Assembly: GCA_030390025.1 (NCBI GenBank)
Contig: CM059432.1
Coordinates: forward strand, 90,770,001-90,834,000
Direction of reading: 5' to 3'
From: Squalus acanthias
Lineage: Eukaryota
DNA: 64,000 nt
The translations under genes and the position numbers were made by a program. Below are positions 60,024 through 64,000 of the stretch, one piece after another; position 1 is the first letter of the stretch, and each line of letters opens with the position of its first letter. The notes beneath the pieces were generated by a model, which saw only the letters and a program-made list of their open reading frames with translations, was not told the DNA's origin and searched no databases.

Positions 60024-62251
60024 TGCATCAAGCATTTCATTGTGCATACCCATCAGCCTTCTTCTGTTGGCTGCCCCATCAAAGTCCTCATCTGAGTTCT
60101 GTGCAGTAGAATCCGTGTGCGACCTCGCCCTCCAGAGAGCTGGCACCTGCGCTACCCTTTCCCCTGACCTGGTTGCAGCCCACTCGTGCCCGGTGACTCA
60201 CCACGTGCAGACCCCGCCCCTATGCTATCCTCTAATCTATGCGCATTACCAGTGTCTGAGCTGCTATCTGCGAGTGTGAGATGGAGTGATGGTGTTTCTT
60301 CTTCATCATCACTCTCCTCTTCCTCTTCCACCACTGTGTTCCCAGGTTGGAGTTTTTGGGTATCAGAAAGAAAAAAGGCACAAGTATAGGTTTGTGGTGA
60401 GGGGAGTGGGGGGGGGGGGGGAAGCAAAAGGTGCATGCTTACACATCTGCAACTTATAAATCAGAAGAGATTGTGGGTTGAAGGGAAAGTAGGATGTGAG
60501 AAGGAGGATTAGGTATAAGCTTGCATCATATTCACCGGCTCAGCCCCACCACTGGCCATGGCCTCAGTCACGGCCACTCCAATAATAGCGAGCACCGTCC
60601 CCTCGATCGGGGTAAGGTTTGCTGCTGCTGCCTACGGTTGTGTGCCACCTTGTCCTGTAAGAGAGAGGGAAGTGTATCAGTGAGTGTGATGCAATCCGTT
60701 TGGGTGATGTGGCTGTCATGGTTGAATAACTGGCGGTGTGTGCAAGCTGTGAGATGTGGGTGTGAGGCTTGCAGCAGTGGTAAGTGTGTGAGGCTGAGGT
60801 GGAGCATAGGAATGTGAGGTATGAGTCGTGATTGATAGAGATTGTTGGTAGATGAGTAATGGGGGTGTGGTGAACTGAGCAGTGTGATGCTAGTGGTGCA
60901 GTTGGTGTGCTATGGCATTTGAAGATGCATTCACTGACCTTGACCACTCGTGTGATGTCCTTAAACTTCTTTTGGCACTGTATCCAGGTCCTCGGGGCAA
61001 CAATGCTGGCATTGACCTCCACCGCTATCTGCTCCCACTGCCTTCGTAGTGTCTGCCTGGAGGGCTTCCTGGCCCCCTGTGGATACAGGACCTCTCCCTC
61101 CTTTCCACATCCTGCACTAAGGCCTCCAGTGCTGCGTCGGAGAGCCTTGGAGCCCTCTCTTTGGTCTGTGTTTCCCAGGTGATACTCCCTTCTGCAATGA
61201 CTTCCAGCACCTGCTCTCATCAAACTGCCTCTCCCCTTTAAGTGGTGCAGGCTGGCTTTAAGAAGTGCTGGCTAGCTTTATTGGTGCTAGCCTTGCATGA
61301 ACTTGGGCCCACTGCTGAGCATGCAGCCACTCAGCAGCACGTTTAGTGCTGGGCTGCACGCTGCACTCATGTAAATTAGCAGGCAGCACGAAGTTTGCGT
61401 GCTGCCTGCATCGGAACAATCGGGCGTGGGTTGATAGCGTATCACGATCACTGTGCCTGTTTTCAGACCTTATCCAATTTCTAGACCTGTGCTTTTAAGA
61501 AATGTTCCCCCTGAGCAGTCATCTGCCATTTATGAAACATCATTCTGGGGGGTGTCAAAAGTTTTTCCCTCCTCTTGTCATCAGCAGCAGATCCTCTTTA
61601 TTGATTCCTACACCAGAAAATTCCAATTGCCGTTTTTCAGTTTTCAGTTTATTATAGTACAATTGAAACTCGCCTGCACATTTTTGATTTGTAAAAACTT
61701 AAAAATACTTTTTGAGGTTTATGCTTGTAGCTTTTAGTTTGTAAAATTCTAAACTATTTGTACCACTGCCATTTTGACTTCAGTCTTGCCTCAAACAACC
61801 ACCTGTTTCTGGCTGGCCTGCCAGCCTCTTTCAACTCTGGACTTAACTTTTCCTATTATGTGCCACAGATTCTTTCCAACACAAGGTCCCATGACACATA
61901 TCATCATTCTGTTGTTGCATGACTTTTTAATCGAAGATCTTGACACAGCGGTCTTATTTACAAAATGTTGAAGCTTGAATCAACTTGGTGAAAAAGATTG
62001 AGGGATACAGTTCAGCAAAGAAGCAGTCTTCCACTCAAATGTTAGATGGAGAGTGGAAAGTGTTGGCAAGTTGATTTTCTTAAGGATGCACCAGCTGAGC
62101 TATGTTCAATATCGATTTGCATGGCCAAAGAGAAGGCACTGCTTAGCCTGCACAACCTCTGCAAACATCAGTCACAATCAGCCAATCTGATCAAGTAGTT
62201 CCACATGACAGGTAACAGTGATATTTTTATCTTTTGTTTCAATTCTCCAAG

Positions 62252-62425
62252 GAGGAAAATGAGAGACAGGGGGCTGACAAAAAGGGGAAGAGCGCCCATT
62301 ACAGGAGTTTTCTCAGGCCTCAATGGAAGCAAAGTAGTCAGTCAGCACACGTCTCATTTGATGAGTATCGTCACAAGATTGCTTCTCAGCATGGGGTTCA
62401 GCCACAGTCAAATCCTGGACAATAG
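62252..62425 (+). CDS. Possible terminal exon of the host gene (EENERQGADKKGKSAH...NPGQ*)
   Basis: Pyrimidine tract ending in ccaAG, phase-0 open frame to a TAG, non-repeat context; weak support. Confidence 0.3.
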   Translation, partial: EENERQGADKKGKSAHYRSFLRPQWKQSSQSAHVSFDEYRHKIASQHGVQPQSNPGQ

Positions 62426-63292
62426 ACATATGTACCAGCCATATATTTGCAGAGCTTCAATTACTAAACCCTATCTGGAAAATTGATTTCAGGAAGGGTC
62501 CTGTTCAGAAAACCACCCACTGAGTCACTAGTTGTTTTCAAGGTGAAGACAAAATATAGCAGGTCCCTATTTCAGAAAAGCTCCAGTTTCTCTTGAGAAG
62601 GAATCTAAGCAGCTGGGCATAAGAATTATAGAATCGTTACAGCACAGTAGAAGGCCATTCGTCCCATCGAGCCTGTGCCGGCTCTCTGCAAGGGCACTTC
62701 AGCTAGTCCCAATCCCCCGTCCTTTCTCCGTACCCCTGCAAATTCTTTTCCTTCAGGTACTTATCTAATTCCCTTTTGAAAGCCACGATTGAATCTTCCT
62801 CCACCACCCTTTCAGGCAGTGCATTCCAGATCATAACCACTCGCTGCGTAAAGAAGTTTTTCCTCATGTCGCCTTTGGATCTTCTGCCAATCACCTTAAA
62901 TCTGTGTCCTCTAGTTCTCGACCCTTCCGCCAATAGCAACAGTTTCTCTCTATCTACTCTGTCTAGATCCCTCATGATTTTGAACACCTCTATCAAATCT
63001 CCTCTCAATCTTTTCTGCTCTAAGAACAACCCCAGCCTCTCCAATCTATCCACGTAACGGAAGTCCCTCATCCCTGGAACCATTCTTGTAAATCTTTTCT
63101 GCACCCTCTCTAAAGCCTTCACACACTTCCTAAAGTGCGGTGCCCAGAATTGGACACAATACTCCAGTTGTGGCCGAACCAGTGTTTTATAACGGTTCAT
63201 CATAACTTCCTTGCTTTTGTACTCTATGCCTCTATTTATAAAATTGAGAGGTCGCACAACACCAGGTTATAGTCCAACAGTTTTATTTGAAA

Positions 63293-63330
63293 TCACAAGC
63301 TTTCGGAGCTATCGCTCCTTCCTCAGGTGA
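63293..63330 (-). ncRNA. Minimal hammerhead ribozyme motif (left arm)
   Basis: Exact reverse complement of 63343-63380. Confidence 0.72.
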
Positions 63331-63342
63331 AGTAAATTTACT

Positions 63343-63380
63343 TCACCTGAGGAAGGAGCGATAGCTCCGAAAGCTTGTGA
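63343..63380 (+). ncRNA. Minimal hammerhead ribozyme motif (right arm)
   Basis: TCAC-CTGAGGA-A-GGAGC GATA GCTCC-GAAA-GCTT-GTGA. Confidence 0.72.
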
Positions 63381-64000
63381 TTTCAAATAAAACTGTTGGA
63401 CTATAACCTGGTGTTGTGCGACCTCTCAATTTTGTCCACCCCAGTCCAACACCGGCATCTCCGCATCATGACCTCTATTTATAAAGCCCAGGATCCCATA
63501 TGCTTTTCTAACCGCTTTCTCAACCAGTCCCGCCACCTTCAATGATTTATGCACATATACCCCCAGGTCTCTCTGTTCATGCACCCCCTTTAGTTTATAT
63601 TGCCTCTCCTCGTTCTTCCTACCAAAATGTATCACTTCACACTTTTCTGCGTTAAACTTCACCTGCCACACGTCCGCCCATTCCACCAGCCTGTCTATGT
63701 CCTCTTGAAGTCTATCACTATCCTCCTCACTGTTCACTATACTTCCAAGTTTTGTGTCATCCGCAAATTTTGAAATAGTGCCCTGTACACCTAAGTCCAA
63801 ATCATTAACATATAGACCAAGAAAAGCAGTGGTCTTAGTACCGACCCCTAGGGAACACCACTGTCTACCTTCCTCCAGTCTGAAAAACAACCGTTCACCA
63901 CTACTCTCCGTTTCCTGTCACTTAGCCAATTTCGTATCCATGCTGCCACTGTCCCTTTTATTCCTTGGGCTTCAACTTTGCTGGCAAGACTATTATGCGG

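Larger units (their letters stand above)
56830..61487. mobile_element. Harbinger derivative with two inverted Myb/SANT ends and no transposase, interrupted by a Penelope
   Basis: TIRs GGCCTAGAAATG / AATTTCTAGACC; + Myb from ATG 57137 (exons 1-2); - Myb from about 61177 to about 57856 (three exons); TSD not clean. Confidence 0.8.
63243..63471. mobile_element. Short fold-back Penelope-type insertion (second pLTR family)
   Basis: Perfect palindrome 63240-63433 plus a 38-nt extension; 14-bp TSD CCTCTATTTATAAA. Confidence 0.85.
62620..64000 (-). mobile_element. CR1 LINE 3' part, interrupted by a palindromic Penelope insertion
   Basis: ORFs 63426-63890 (ISKFADDTK) and 62703-63257 (VRPQLEYCVQFW); tail near 62620. 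Confidence 0.9.

Noticed and set aside
1..64000. Prokaryotic-type systems (CRISPR array, operons, retron or group II RTs)
   Set aside because: No regularly spaced repeat-spacer array; all RT ORFs fit eukaryotic CR1, L2, RTE or Penelope elements

Overview
Eukaryotic, repeat-dense genomic DNA. The repeat content (HER1-like CR1 tails, a Deu-domain SINE, L2, RTE, Neptune-type Penelope, PIF/Harbinger) points to a cartilaginous fish; this is an inference. The window appears to be almost entirely intronic sequence of a + strand gene for a long coiled-coil protein, with three clear phase-compatible exons (20705-20858, 53558-53725, 56603-56770) and a possible fourth. The introns are filled with deeply nested transposons. 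Most notable: (1) eight minimal hammerhead-ribozyme motifs in Penelope termini, two of them in a perfect 194-bp loop-free palindrome with a 14-bp TSD (63240-63433); (2) a Harbinger community in which the two genes occur separately: one element carries the transposase beside a truncated Myb gene, several carry only Myb/SANT, and one 4.66-kb element is built from two inverted Myb ends (56830-61487); (3) an in-frame mini-transposase deletion derivative; (4) a young 5'-truncated CR1 with an open 815-codon ORF and a duplicated 3' stem-loop tail, inserted in a solo LTR that itself sits in an older CR1. All calls were made by eye. No database search, alignment or folding was run, and boundaries of decayed repeats are approximate.
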